From the IMG/VR virus record IMGVR_UViG_3300048838_001106, positions 64,001 to 128,000 of that record: a stretch of 64,000 bases of DNA, one strand, 5' to 3'. Shown here in pieces: positions 1-10,042 of the stretch. The translations under genes and the position numbers were made by a program. Below the pieces are notes generated by a model that saw only the letters and a program-made list of their open reading frames with translations, did no database searches and was not told where the DNA came from. Source of the DNA: a virus. Within the stretch, counting starts at the first letter, position 1, and the number at the start of each line of letters is the position of its first letter.

Positions 1-246
1 GAGCTGTACCTTGCAGGAAACTCTGTTCACTTCGATATGCGATTTCTGCAGGAGCACATGCCATCACTGGCGAAGAAGCTAAGCTACCGCATGTTCGACG
101 TGCGTGTATTGATGATGGTTGAAGACATGTGGTTGCCGGCCTTCACTGACAAAGGTGACCACGACGTAGTTCATCGCGCACTGGACGACATCGAGTGGTC
201 ATTGGAGATGGCTCGACAGTATCGAGATCACTTCTCTAGCAAGTGA
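1..246 (+). CDS. orn: Oligoribonuclease (DEDDh exonuclease), C-terminal part, truncated by window edge
   Basis: Frame from base 1 reads ELYLAGNSVHFDMRFL...YRMFDV...HRALDDI, matching Orn motifs GNSxxxDxxFL and HRALDDI. Confidence 0.85.
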   Translation, partial: ELYLAGNSVHFDMRFLQEHMPSLAKKLSYRMFDVRVLMMVEDMWLPAFTDKGDHDVVHRALDDIEWSLEMARQYRDHFSSK

Positions 247-276
247 CTGTCACAAAGAACTTTGTTCAGAGACACG

Positions 277-307
277 AAAAACGCGGCAATTGCCGCGTTT
301 TTTTTTT
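277..307 (+). terminator. Intrinsic terminator, possibly bidirectional
   Basis: AAAAACGCGGC-AATT-GCCGCGTTTTTTTTTT: perfect palindrome with A and T tails. Confidence 0.75.
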
Positions 308-319
308 GGAGAAATAGTG

Positions 320-1561
320 ATGAGAAGACCAAGTTATCGCGAGATCAGAAAGGCATTCATGTCCGCTGCGAGGGAGATGTTTGCGGTAAAGAAAGCGAGT
401 GACGACGTTGACGTTTCATTGTTGCTGGAGGGCATACGGCGCAAGGGCATTAACCTTGATGCACTTCCGGACCACCCTTATGACAGGTACTACACGGCGT
501 TGGGTGTGGAGCACACTGTGGACGCCACGGCGGCAGAGCATCCCGACGTTGTCGACACTGTAATTGGGATGAAATCAGACCACCCATCTATGGTGCAGTT
601 GCTGACCACAGCATACGTCGCTAACGGGAAGAACACCTTCAAGCTCACACCAGACCTGTACAAGATGTTCATGCGCACTGACCTGCACAACATCTCGACG
701 TCATTTATACCTCCGGCTCCGTTCGAGTGTTTTTACCTGGACACGACAGGCTGCGGTCTGTGGTTTGCGCGGTCGATAGACGGCGCGCCGGTGGAGGCCA
801 ACGGCCTGTTTGTGCTGAGTGCTGTGCGCGGTGACAGCACTTACCTGCGTGTCATGTTGTGGTCAAAAGAGTCGGCGTTGCTTACTACAAAAGCCTGTGC
901 AGACGATTTGGGGGAGGAGATGATGGCACAGGTTCAAGAACACATGGCTCGCTTAGACAGGACGAAGAGCGAGGAATTGTGGCAGGACGCGCATCTGATT
1001 AGTGGCATGGAATACACGAACACGGATGACACTATTGCGGTAGTCGACATGCTCGACAAGGCATACCACCACACATACAACGCCATTATGCGCTCTACAT
1101 CACCGAAAGGCAGCGCTTCCGGGTACTATGCTGTGCTACAGTCAAGCGCTGTCAGGGACACGATGTCTCTGGTGTTCAACGTGTTATTGTTCCTTGGAAC
1201 AGACCCAGAGATGCTTCCCGACGAGCACGCTGCGGAGCGAAAAAAGCTTCTGAAGATGTACAAGGCAGGCAGACTCGGCGGTGCGGAGATTACACCGGGC
1301 GCACGCAAAGCTCATCAGCGCCTGATGGAGATATCATCAACGAATGTGCGGCTGCTAACGGTGCCGAGGACTACAAAAACCGCAGGAAGGGCGGCATCTG
1401 AAGACTCCTCAGGTGTGAAGTTGCACTGGGTTAGAGGGCACTGGAGGCGTCAGCCGTACGGACCGAGAGACAGCCCTGAGTACAAGATGCTCTGGATCAG
1501 GCCTCACCAGAAGGGCGACAAGGCTCATGGTGAAGTCGCATCTAAGGTGTATTCATGGTAA
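320..1561 (+). CDS. Conserved phage protein with C-terminal HWVRGHWRRQ...WIRPH.KG motif
   Basis: Long ORF, GGAGA RBS; C-terminal motif recurrent in phage hypothetical proteins. Confidence 0.7.
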   Translation: MRRPSYREIRKAFMSAAREMFAVKKASDDVDVSLLLEGIRRKGINLDALPDHPYDRYYTALGVEHTVDATAAEHPDVVDTVIGMKSDHPSMVQLLTTAYVANGKNTFKLTPDLYKMFMRTDLHNISTSFIPPAPFECFYLDTTGCGLWFARSIDGAPVEANGLFVLSAVRGDSTYLRVMLWSKESALLTTKACADDLGEEMMAQVQEHMARLDRTKSEELWQDAHLISGMEYTNTDDTIAVVDMLDKAYHHTYNAIMRSTSPKGSASGYYAVLQSSAVRDTMSLVFNVLLFLGTDPEMLPDEHAAERKKLLKMYKAGRLGGAEITPGARKAHQRLMEISSTNVRLLTVPRTTKTAGRAASEDSSGVKLHWVRGHWRRQPYGPRDSPEYKMLWIRPHQKGDKAHGEVASKVYSW

Positions 1562-1571
1562 AAGGAAGTAC

Positions 1572-1850
1572 ATGGTAACAATGATTCAAGCACATTACAT
1601 GGTCATTGCGGTCGAGGGCGCACACCATGAGTTAGTAGACGCACTCAAAGAGGTGTACCACGACGACGTATTTGCAGAGGTAATGGACAGGCAGGCAGCA
1701 GTCGACTACCAGGAAGCCAAACTTCGAATGGTGCCAAGCCCCGTTGTAATACAACTGAAAAGCCTTGAAGGCAAAACAGACACGCTGATGGAGCTCGTCC
1801 AAACGTGTGTGCTAGCCTCGAAGGATGACGGGGGCCGCAACGTACACTGA
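1572..1850 (+). CDS. Hypothetical protein
   Basis: AGGAAG RBS then ATG; operon position. Confidence 0.6.
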   Translation: MVTMIQAHYMVIAVEGAHHELVDALKEVYHDDVFAEVMDRQAAVDYQEAKLRMVPSPVVIQLKSLEGKTDTLMELVQTCVLASKDDGGRNVH

Positions 1851-2007
1851 ACATTGACGCCGAGGCGCACAATGTTGTACAACGACAGCGCAGCGCAACG
1901 CTGCTCCCAAGGGCTCACGCCCTTCACATACGCCGCACAAACAAGAGAGGCAGCTTCTAACGAGGCTGTCTTTCTTGTTTGTGCGGCTGCAACACAGGAG
2001 ACACCTA

Positions 2008-2412
2008 ATGGACCCGTTTCGCCTAGAACAAGAATGTCTAGGCACGATTCTCGTCACTACGCACGCACAGGAGCGGTTTGCAGAAGCATTGGAAGCTGCG
2101 GGAGTAGAGCTCCCCAAAGGCAAGAAGCCTACAGACGACGTCAAGGCCAAGTACGAAAAGGCCGTTCGATCCCACATGAAAATCTTTTTACATGGTGCGA
2201 AAGAGTACGAACGAAAGAATCGTGTACAACAACTGGCAGCGCACGGCGCGGATGCTCGCTACTTCATTCTTCGAAAGCGCGGTGTCATATTCGTGCTGTG
2301 CAAACCTGGCCCGTCTCACGCTGATTACTACAGCGAAGAGCTCGACCTGATTATGGTCACGGCCTATCAAAAGGAAAAGTCTGAGATAGACTTTGTGTAC
2401 AAAAAGCTATGA
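2008..2412 (+). CDS. Hypothetical protein
   Basis: CAGGAGA RBS; ATGA overlap with next gene. Confidence 0.7.
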   Translation: MDPFRLEQECLGTILVTTHAQERFAEALEAAGVELPKGKKPTDDVKAKYEKAVRSHMKIFLHGAKEYERKNRVQQLAAHGADARYFILRKRGVIFVLCKPGPSHADYYSEELDLIMVTAYQKEKSEIDFVYKKL

Positions 2413-3077
2413 CTAAGAAAGACTTAATAGACTTCGTTCCTGCGAGTGACTACATGCAGCCAGACATCCACGATGACCTGGCTTCCGGTGTGTCTTTGTC
2501 GGACACGCTGTCATGGGTGCCGGCACCTGTTGTCGAGCCGGAAGAGGACCAGGAGACGTTCCTGGAGTATGTCGAAAAGTGGCAGCGGCGAATCAACACT
2601 ATCAACAGCGCGATGGATGTCATTGGCATGTTTGGATTCACAGGCGCAGGTGCGCGATGGCTGCAGAAAGAGGGCTGGCTGTTTCCAAAAATGAGTGCAG
2701 CGCAGACCTACATGCTGTCGACACATCACTCGGTTATGCGCGGAGGGCCTGGCAGCTTTCAGCGTTGGGTTGCAGCACGCGACGGTGCTACGCCGCAAGA
2801 CAGAGTAGCGTCCAGAGACTGGAGGTGCTCCGTCAACATGGCCGCGCTATGGTACCTGTCGAAAGACCCGAGGACAGTGATGAAGATGAACGCGTTCACA
2901 CGTGCAGAGATCGTCAGGGGGCCGTGTCAGGAGAAAGACCTGCTGGACCTTGCCGACCAGAGAATTGCAGAGCTGTATGGTCTCGAAGACGCCGACTGGC
3001 TGTTGGACAGCTATGCGATGCTGTCTAGCGTGGCGCCTCTTGAGGAGCTGGTAAAACACAGCAGGCTCCCAGACTAG
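2409..3077 (+). CDS. Hypothetical protein
   Basis: 222 aa ORF, translationally coupled. Confidence 0.7.
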   Translation: MTKKDLIDFVPASDYMQPDIHDDLASGVSLSDTLSWVPAPVVEPEEDQETFLEYVEKWQRRINTINSAMDVIGMFGFTGAGARWLQKEGWLFPKMSAAQTYMLSTHHSVMRGGPGSFQRWVAARDGATPQDRVASRDWRCSVNMAALWYLSKDPRTVMKMNAFTRAEIVRGPCQEKDLLDLADQRIAELYGLEDADWLLDSYAMLSSVAPLEELVKHSRLPD

Positions 3078-3090
3078 ACAGGAGACACAC

Positions 3091-3495
3091 ATGTCCATGT
3101 ATTCGGTAAGCCAGCAGATAGACAGTTATGAGAAAATTCTGGGGCGCGCACAGAAGTGGATACGAAGAGATAAGCAGATGCGGGCGAACATGTTCAGGTC
3201 ATCAAGGCTTGTGGCTATGTGCGTGGTGGTGAGTCTTGGGTCACACATAAGCATTCTGGATACTGGTCAGTTCTGGTTTTTCTACGGATCTGCAGCCAGG
3301 TTCCCTGTGAAGACAAGCGCACCTACGGTGAAACGCTTGAGCTCTGGGTCCGTCAGGATCACTGTGTCAGTCCATCTGCCTCACGAGATGTACTCATTTC
3401 TTATCGGAGATGAGGCGGCGCGCCAAAAATTCAAGCTATGGAATCCATATCTTGGCGTTGCTTTCGACCTGCATAGCGTCGCCAGCACGTTCTGA
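3091..3495 (+). CDS. Hypothetical protein
   Basis: CAGGAGA RBS. Confidence 0.6.
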   Translation: MSMYSVSQQIDSYEKILGRAQKWIRRDKQMRANMFRSSRLVAMCVVVSLGSHISILDTGQFWFFYGSAARFPVKTSAPTVKRLSSGSVRITVSVHLPHEMYSFLIGDEAARQKFKLWNPYLGVAFDLHSVASTF

Positions 3496-3523
3496 TTCAT
3501 CAACCTTAAAAAATGGAGGGCTC

Positions 3524-4024
3524 ATGCGTACTCGCATACCTGTCGATACGGAGTTTGCGTATCGCAGCGAAGAAGAGGACGAGCCTAATGAACAGTGGTG
3601 TCGTGTGTTGAGAGGCGGTTCGATACACGTCGTGTCTGGAATCGTACAAGACTCGTGGGCAACGCTTGCGCTGTCAAAGCACGTCACAGCAGTGCCCCAG
3701 GTGGAGATCCACGTCTACCAAAACTCGTCGCTAGATCCTGGCAGAAAGGTATCAAGGATGAAGGTGCTGCAGGGACTGACTCTTTTGTCCTCGCTGACTG
3801 TGACGCGCCTGGAAAACTACAATGGTACTGCAACCACCGCGGCTAAACTCGACGGAATCCTTGCCATGTCGTGGCTAGCGAACCGTGAGTATGCGTACCT
3901 AAACACAGACATAGCCAAGTTAGATGCGCAGGTGCGTCTCAAAGTGCCGTCTCTCGACGAGGTGTTTGTATTGCCTTACCTGACCGTAACCACACTAGAG
4001 AGGACTGCGTGGACACGAGCATAG
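3524..4024 (+). CDS. Hypothetical protein
   Basis: GGAGG RBS before ATG 3524. Confidence 0.6.
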   Translation: MRTRIPVDTEFAYRSEEEDEPNEQWCRVLRGGSIHVVSGIVQDSWATLALSKHVTAVPQVEIHVYQNSSLDPGRKVSRMKVLQGLTLLSSLTVTRLENYNGTATTAAKLDGILAMSWLANREYAYLNTDIAKLDAQVRLKVPSLDEVFVLPYLTVTTLERTAWTRA

Positions 4025-4443
4025 CGATGATCCTGCAGGCCAGGCACACCACAAAGTGGCGCACGCACTCAGCTATTCTGCATCAGCATAGGCAGGGTAT
4101 TGGCGTGCTTAACGCGTACAAGCTCGTGCTTCGACAAGAATACATAGCTTGTGGGCCTACTAACGGCGCAGGCGCACATGCTAAGGTGCACAACCATCTA
4201 CATTTGATAGCCCGGTCTCCAATGCCGTTAGATGCAACGTATCCAGCGTGGATCATTCGCATCGTTGGGTGGACGGCAAATGTCTACGAACACAGAGGGC
4301 AGGATGTGTTCGACGTGTACGCGTCCTGTATCTTATCGATTGCAAACAAGCCACAAGTGATCGGGTCAAAGCACGATATCATCGGGGTCAGCTGCCGCAA
4401 CATACCGTTTCAGATCGGATATCCTAAAACAATTTGGAGTTAA
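4009..4443 (+). CDS. Hypothetical protein
   Basis: ORF tiling, GAGG RBS. Confidence 0.5.
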   Translation: MDTSIAMILQARHTTKWRTHSAILHQHRQGIGVLNAYKLVLRQEYIACGPTNGAGAHAKVHNHLHLIARSPMPLDATYPAWIIRIVGWTANVYEHRGQDVFDVYASCILSIANKPQVIGSKHDIIGVSCRNIPFQIGYPKTIWS

Positions 4444-4447
4444 CAAC

Positions 4448-5416
4448 ATGAAAAGCTTGGACATTAGATACACAGACGAGAAGCAGGTGGCGCACACTAT
4501 TCACGCGCGTGTGCCCGACGCTGTCAAAGACGGCAAGGTGGGCGCTGTAGTTATTCACTTTGCTGACGATGGCGCCAAGAAGCTGTTCGACTGCAGCGCC
4601 ATCAACATGTCTACCAGCAACTACCTGGTGCTGCCTTTTGTCAACAATTCACTCGAGTTCACAGACAAGGCGATGCGCGTGTTCGGCGTAAACAGCACGC
4701 ATCCGCTGGTTGTTGAGTACTGTGCGAAGCAAAAATCTGTCAAAAATGCAGTGCCATTCAGTGAAATGCTCCGGATCTTAAACGCACGGAAGGCGTCCAG
4801 TCTGGCTAAGAAAAAGACGCATAACCAGAGAAGGCACTCAGTCAGTCTTCGAGTTCTGAATTTCCTGACAGCGCAACGTGGTCAGTGGGGCTACGTGACT
4901 GAAGACGAAGGCAGGATTGTAGTGCTGAGAGTCGCATACGATGCGAATACTGCTAAAAATCTTGGCATGTATCAGGCGTGGACCGAGAAGCACCAGGCGC
5001 CCAAAGCGACGCGACAGCTTGACTTGCCCATAAGTGGCGCCGTGGCACAAGGCGGAAAAAGCACACAGAATGCGTCGTTACGCTCAGCTATTGAGACCGA
5101 CGTTGCCTCCGCCGACTACATTGACGAAGGCGCACAGGCCTTGACTGAGATACTGCGAGACCTGCAGTGTCTGGAGAACATCTTTGACCGCCTCGGTCAA
5201 GACACCCTGACTATCAAACATCAAACACCGCCAGCACATTATGCCGTGCGGGACTTGATCTGCGACGGCGGTATAGTAGGGCCATATCTGCGCAGTATTT
5301 GGACCAGAACAGGAGGCGGCGAAGTGGCCAGGTATGAGGTGGAGGTGCTGAGGAAGTACATCGAGTATCGCATCGCTGTCTATGACGCCATGAAGCACCT
5401 ACTATCCAGGGGATGA
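4448..5416 (+). CDS. Hypothetical protein
   Basis: 322 aa ORF, GGAG RBS, ATGA overlap downstream. Confidence 0.7.
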   Translation: MKSLDIRYTDEKQVAHTIHARVPDAVKDGKVGAVVIHFADDGAKKLFDCSAINMSTSNYLVLPFVNNSLEFTDKAMRVFGVNSTHPLVVEYCAKQKSVKNAVPFSEMLRILNARKASSLAKKKTHNQRRHSVSLRVLNFLTAQRGQWGYVTEDEGRIVVLRVAYDANTAKNLGMYQAWTEKHQAPKATRQLDLPISGAVAQGGKSTQNASLRSAIETDVASADYIDEGAQALTEILRDLQCLENIFDRLGQDTLTIKHQTPPAHYAVRDLICDGGIVGPYLRSIWTRTGGGEVARYEVEVLRKYIEYRIAVYDAMKHLLSRG

Positions 5417-5817
5417 GCATGTACATTGAAGCCAGTCCGCTGAACACAGTGATTTACGGTGGGACAGCGCAGCCTGTTGATATGGATGCTGTGCTTCGCC
5501 GTGGGCAACAGTTGTGGTGGGTACTCAAGGTCGGAGGTGCTCCCATCACCATAGGCTCTCGAATACGGCACACGCAATACGTTCGCACATCTCTTAAGGA
5601 AATCAGCCAGAGCACAGAAACTCTGACCGAGCCTGGACGTTACGTGATTGGGGTAGGGAGTCTGGAGTCAGGCAGGCGCCTGGCACTCCGTGTCGCAAGG
5701 GACGGACGCATTACGTGGGTGGACTACGCAGAGACGGGTCTGCAGGGTGCACAACTTGAAAAAACGTTAGAGGCGCTACGTGCGCTTGAACATCACAGTG
5801 AGAATACAAATGAGTAA
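5413..5817 (+). CDS. Hypothetical protein
   Basis: Coupled ORF. Confidence 0.6.
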   Translation: MSMYIEASPLNTVIYGGTAQPVDMDAVLRRGQQLWWVLKVGGAPITIGSRIRHTQYVRTSLKEISQSTETLTEPGRYVIGVGSLESGRRLALRVARDGRITWVDYAETGLQGAQLEKTLEALRALEHHSENTNE

Positions 5818-6565
5818 GAAAAAAGCTTGCGCCAAATGCCCTTTTCGCCAGGAAAATTTCGACAAGCTGTCCGGTTCAGACTTGCTGCAGTACACAGAAG
5901 CAGCACGTCTGGAAGAGGCTGTCACGTGCTGTTCTAAGTCCGTGACAGGCGACGCAGCGTGGCGCCAAAAGCTGATTGATGTAGGGCAGGCAGACCACTG
6001 TGCAGGTTATCTTGCCAGTCTGCATTTGGACCAGAAAGTGCCACGCAACAAGAAGCTGAAAGCCGCAATGTGGCGTGTGCACACAAAGGGAATTGTTCGA
6101 TTCAATGAGGTACAAGAGAAGGTAGACTCATACTACGAAGTTACTGATGAGTCTCAAGACAGCGTCGAAGATGGCGACACCTCTCTGGGCACCGAAGAGT
6201 GTTCGCAGGCGCAGGCGACGGCGCCTGAGCTGACAAGTCACATGCATGCTTTTCTGGAGCGCATCAAGCAGCACATCAGCACTGAGTGCGCAGATCTAAT
6301 CGAGATCAGCACACAGAACGCTGATGCACTGCTCGCAGACTATGCTGCCCGTGGATGGCAAGATGACCACGAAGAAGGTCTGCATCTTGGTGTGCTATGC
6401 AAGCCAACTACACAGACCAGTCGGTTGCTGTCTATGGGGCTCGCGCAATCGATAGACGTCATGCTAAAGCATCTATCGTCAGACCCGGAGAATCCTGAGA
6501 TTCTTGAGATGCTTATCAGCTATCTTGTGCTGTACAAGATAGCGCTGGCGTTGCGCGGCGCGTGA
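5810..6565 (+). CDS. Cys-rich protein, DUF6283-like N-terminus
   Basis: CAKCPFR...CC...HCAG pattern. Confidence 0.55.
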   Translation: MSKKKACAKCPFRQENFDKLSGSDLLQYTEAARLEEAVTCCSKSVTGDAAWRQKLIDVGQADHCAGYLASLHLDQKVPRNKKLKAAMWRVHTKGIVRFNEVQEKVDSYYEVTDESQDSVEDGDTSLGTEECSQAQATAPELTSHMHAFLERIKQHISTECADLIEISTQNADALLADYAARGWQDDHEEGLHLGVLCKPTTQTSRLLSMGLAQSIDVMLKHLSSDPENPEILEMLISYLVLYKIALALRGA

Positions 6566-6631
6566 CAAGCACGCACACTACATTCGCACGGGCGCTTCAG
6601 CCCATTTTTTTTTACCACCAAGGGAGGACTG

Positions 6632-6970
6632 ATGTACCCAAGATCTAGCATGGGAGCCTTGCTCGCGGCTACTGACACCATGAGATTTTTCGACAGGGAG
6701 ATCTCCGCAGCACTGCGCACAGATCCAGCATTTGAAGCCGCTCTATTGGCACTAGGCTGCTCAAGCTACATTGCGACATATGATCTCATTCAAATTGTGT
6801 TTACCCCCGGCGACCATCCCATATTGCATTTGATGTACGCAGACTTAGGCCAAGACGTCACGCCTTCGGTGTATTACGTACCAATCGAGGGAGAGGAGGC
6901 TGCGAAACTGATAAGGCGTCTGGACCGCGCGTGGGCTGAACGCCACGGCATTAGTGGGACGCCGGAATGA
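6632..6970 (+). CDS. Hypothetical protein (paralog array A)
   Basis: GGGAGG RBS; C-terminal KLIRRLDRAW helix. Confidence 0.65.
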   Translation: MYPRSSMGALLAATDTMRFFDREISAALRTDPAFEAALLALGCSSYIATYDLIQIVFTPGDHPILHLMYADLGQDVTPSVYYVPIEGEEAAKLIRRLDRAWAERHGISGTPE

Positions 6971-7317
6971 TACGCAATATTTGTATCGACATAGCAGAGC
7001 AGCAAAGGCGTGACGCTCGGATGCGCGACCTGGTAAAGCACTTCGTCACCATAGACAGAGTTCTGTATGGCGACGCGGACGCTGGATACGACATATTCTG
7101 CGACGAAATGCCGCACGATGAGTGGTGGGTGGACAGTTTCGAATCAGCGATGAGCGTTGACGACAAGAACCCGTGTGTGCTCTTTGCAACATTCTGCCTG
7201 AAGGGGATGTACGAAGACGACGACGAGGAACACTGGGTGCACATCAGCGGCGCACTCGCTGCTAGATTGCTTCGACAACTTACGTCGGCAATGAACAGGT
7301 CAGGAGGATCAGAATGA
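6967..7317 (+). CDS. Hypothetical protein (paralog array A)
   Basis: ATGA overlap; C-terminal RLLRQL helix. Confidence 0.65.
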   Translation: MIRNICIDIAEQQRRDARMRDLVKHFVTIDRVLYGDADAGYDIFCDEMPHDEWWVDSFESAMSVDDKNPCVLFATFCLKGMYEDDDEEHWVHISGALAARLLRQLTSAMNRSGGSE

Positions 7318-7655
7318 ACACAATCTCAAGCATGAAGACGCTGGTGGACACTAACACCCGTCTGGTCTTGCGGGAGATGGAAGTTTACTTCCTACTCACC
7401 ATGGCGCGCTACGTGTCCGCCGTGACTCCGTGGTACCACGTTGCTGAAGTCCTAAACGTTCAAATAGAAAACCTGATCGTGCAAAACGGTGATTTCGTTG
7501 TTCGATTCTTCGTGAACACTCGCGACATGGAAGGGCGAAGTGGCAGCACGCTCAATGTCAGCATCCACCCACACATGCCAGAATACAGAACCATGCACTT
7601 GCACATACAAAGGAGCGTGTATGCGGCCACTGCTGCCATGGAAGTTGGTCCTTGA
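7314..7655 (+). CDS. Hypothetical protein (paralog array A)
   Basis: AGGAGG RBS, ATGA overlap. Confidence 0.65.
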   Translation: MNTISSMKTLVDTNTRLVLREMEVYFLLTMARYVSAVTPWYHVAEVLNVQIENLIVQNGDFVVRFFVNTRDMEGRSGSTLNVSIHPHMPEYRTMHLHIQRSVYAATAAMEVGP

Positions 7656-7659
7656 CACG

Positions 7660-8037
7660 ATGGAGTTCGTTCCAAAAGTGCAACAGTACGTCGAAGCAGT
7701 GTTGGTAAGGTCCAGTCTGCTAGACAGTGACTTACTGCTTGAACTAGTAGCTGCGGCCACGTCTGCAGGGCCATTTCTGGACGTTCGCTACGCGGCGCGC
7801 AAGGCGAGCTTCGATGATCCTCTACGGATAACCATCACGTGGCACCGAAACAGGTCAAGTATGCCACAGCTGTACTCCATCATAGAGAGCACTCCTAGTC
7901 ACATCAAAGACGATGGCTCGCCCAAAAATGAGCAGTTACTTAGGCGTGTATGGCTGCGAATTAACGCAGGCATGCCGTCTGATATCTACGAGGACATCGC
8001 ATGTCGGACTTCCTGTACCCAACAGTCCAAGGGCTGA
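7660..8037 (+). CDS. Hypothetical protein (paralog array A)
   Basis: ORF tiling; C-terminal LLRRVWLRI. Confidence 0.6.
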   Translation: MEFVPKVQQYVEAVLVRSSLLDSDLLLELVAAATSAGPFLDVRYAARKASFDDPLRITITWHRNRSSMPQLYSIIESTPSHIKDDGSPKNEQLLRRVWLRINAGMPSDIYEDIACRTSCTQQSKG

Positions 8038-8378
8038 ACTACCTGCAGCGCGCAAGCATTGGCTACTATCAGGTCGACCGGCTTTCCGAGGGATTCTCTT
8101 TGCATAGAGGTGCGATGCTTCGAAGCGAGGCGCAAAGTTCCCTACATCATACCGCGGGCAAGCTCAAGCAGTTGCGCGCGCTACCGAGACTTACCAGAGA
8201 CACGATGGATATCGTCATCGCCTACACTGTGCACCTAGAATGGAGTCAGGACACCGCCAATGGCCGTGCCGAGGTCCGCGACGAAGTGCAGTTCCTATTC
8301 AGGCTCTACGTGTCTCGAGAACTTCATAAAAAGGAAATCGGTGTATTCGATCAAAGCAACCAAGGTGGAGATTCTTAG
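8001..8378 (+). CDS. Hypothetical protein (paralog array A)
   Basis: GAGG RBS, ORF tiling. Confidence 0.6.
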   Translation: MSDFLYPTVQGLNYLQRASIGYYQVDRLSEGFSLHRGAMLRSEAQSSLHHTAGKLKQLRALPRLTRDTMDIVIAYTVHLEWSQDTANGRAEVRDEVQFLFRLYVSRELHKKEIGVFDQSNQGGDS

Positions 8379-8712
8379 CGATGTTGCCCGTTGGTATGAG
8401 CTAGAGGACATACTCAGAGAAATATCCATCGAATACCGTGCCATCCTGCAGGCCCATGCGCATCAGCGTGTGAATCACATGCGCGTGCTGCTGCCAGATC
8501 CGGAGGATATTTGCTTTGTGCGCCTGGGGTTCTCCCGTGTTGAGAATTACCCAGTGCTGCACATCTCTTATGCCTATGGGTACGACGGCAAAGCATCAGG
8601 CAAACGAAGACATATTAGCGGAGAACTAGCAGAAACAAGTGCGTTAGACCCTGTCTTGTGGGACAGGATCTGGCGTGCAATATACCGGAGGTATTGTGTA
8701 CAAAGTGGCTGA
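8365..8712 (+). CDS. Hypothetical protein (paralog array A)
   Basis: Likely GTG start; C-terminal LWDRIWRAI. Confidence 0.6.
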   Translation: MEILSDVARWYELEDILREISIEYRAILQAHAHQRVNHMRVLLPDPEDICFVRLGFSRVENYPVLHISYAYGYDGKASGKRRHISGELAETSALDPVLWDRIWRAIYRRYCVQSG

Positions 8713-9028
8713 GAATTGGGCGTGGTACAAAGATGTTCTTCGATCCGATGAGCACAAAGACGCGTACTACGTAGAGATAACCCAGGCTATCAAACTATTC
8801 AACGTACTGTGCGCGGTAAATCTTGTAGACCAAGTGGGGAGGCATTGTCCCGTGTATCTCGGTCACGCGTATATCGACAGTGACGCCACGGAGATCCTAA
8901 TCACAATTCAGCGCGCGGGGTCCCCTGTTACATCAAGCTTCTGGCTAAAGCATGAAAAGCCAGAGGTGTTTCATCGACTCATGCGCATGATAGCTTCGCG
9001 CCTTCATGCAGGGGGGGGGTTACTTTAG
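8696..9028 (+). CDS. Hypothetical protein (paralog array A)
   Basis: GGAGG RBS, GTG start MYKVAENW; C-terminal FHRLMRMI. Confidence 0.65.
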   Translation: MYKVAENWAWYKDVLRSDEHKDAYYVEITQAIKLFNVLCAVNLVDQVGRHCPVYLGHAYIDSDATEILITIQRAGSPVTSSFWLKHEKPEVFHRLMRMIASRLHAGGGLL

Positions 9029-9409
9029 ATGCACAAGATATTATCTTACCCTTTGTGGCACGAAAGGCTGGCAGCGGACCCTGCCAGGTCGTCACTGATA
9101 CGCACGACAGAGCAGTTCACTGAACGGAATCAAGGACTCATAGCGGAGAGATTCAGCGTCAAGCGCATAGTTGACAACAAGTACAGGGACATCCCAGTCA
9201 ACTACAATGGCCCTGACCACATAGTGTTCTACCGCGCTCACGCACGCAGATTTACGATCTGCGTGTCGGGTGCATCGCGTATGTACAATCTGACCGATGA
9301 CCCCGACCTGTTTCACAAATTCTGGAGACTGGCACAACGAAACTTCATCCTTCATGGTGTGCGCCAGCTCTACTCACCTCACCTGTTACGCGGGAATGCT
9401 CATGTATAA
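9029..9409 (+). CDS. Hypothetical protein (paralog array A)
   Basis: MHKILSYPLW; C-terminal FHKFWRLA. Confidence 0.65.
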   Translation: MHKILSYPLWHERLAADPARSSLIRTTEQFTERNQGLIAERFSVKRIVDNKYRDIPVNYNGPDHIVFYRAHARRFTICVSGASRMYNLTDDPDLFHKFWRLAQRNFILHGVRQLYSPHLLRGNAHV

Positions 9410-9701
9410 GGTTGTAGCACCGTGGGAGCTACTAGCTGTCACACCTATCGAGGAGATTCAAGATATTTTGAACGCATATAACGAAGCGGATGGTGCTCTC
9501 AGGGAGCGTCTGGCAGATGGCTGGATGGTGTCTCACGAAGAGGCGCGATTCGAGGTAATATGGAATGCAGGGTTCGATGGCCGAATCATTGTTTTCACAA
9601 TGCGGCACCAAACACCAATGAGCAAGATGGGATTCTTTGCAGACAGGGTGTGGCGATTTATTCAGCGAGAGATCAATAGAAGGGGCGTATGTACAAACTA
9701 A
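9402..9701 (+). CDS. Hypothetical protein (paralog array A)
   Basis: MYKVVAPW; C-terminal DRVWRFI. Confidence 0.65.
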   Translation: MYKVVAPWELLAVTPIEEIQDILNAYNEADGALRERLADGWMVSHEEARFEVIWNAGFDGRIIVFTMRHQTPMSKMGFFADRVWRFIQREINRRGVCTN

Positions 9702-10042
9702 TATCGTGGGAAGAGCTGTCAAGGAAGGATGAGCTGGATAGGCTGCTGACTCAGCTGGGTAGAAACCTCCTTGTGCGTGATCTGCTGGCCAGCAGCCAGC
9801 TGATACTCGTAGACATGGCACTAAAAGGGCGAGACTTTTCACCCATAAAATATTGCCATGTGAACGTGAGGAATCCAGCTGACGCCTATTGGGCCACCAG
9901 AGCCGTGGAGATCACAGTCAGCAACGGCTGGCTAGAGACAATCGAGCTCCGCGTCGACCATGCCTTGAGTAAACGATACCAGCGCGCGGTGTCTAGGCGC
10001 GTGGCTATTGATTCCGGGGATTTAGATGTACCCGATGCTTAG
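9689..10042 (+). CDS. Hypothetical protein (paralog array A)
   Basis: MYKLISW; C-terminal KRYQRAV. Confidence 0.65.
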   Translation: MYKLISWEELSRKDELDRLLTQLGRNLLVRDLLASSQLILVDMALKGRDFSPIKYCHVNVRNPADAYWATRAVEITVSNGWLETIELRVDHALSKRYQRAVSRRVAIDSGDLDVPDA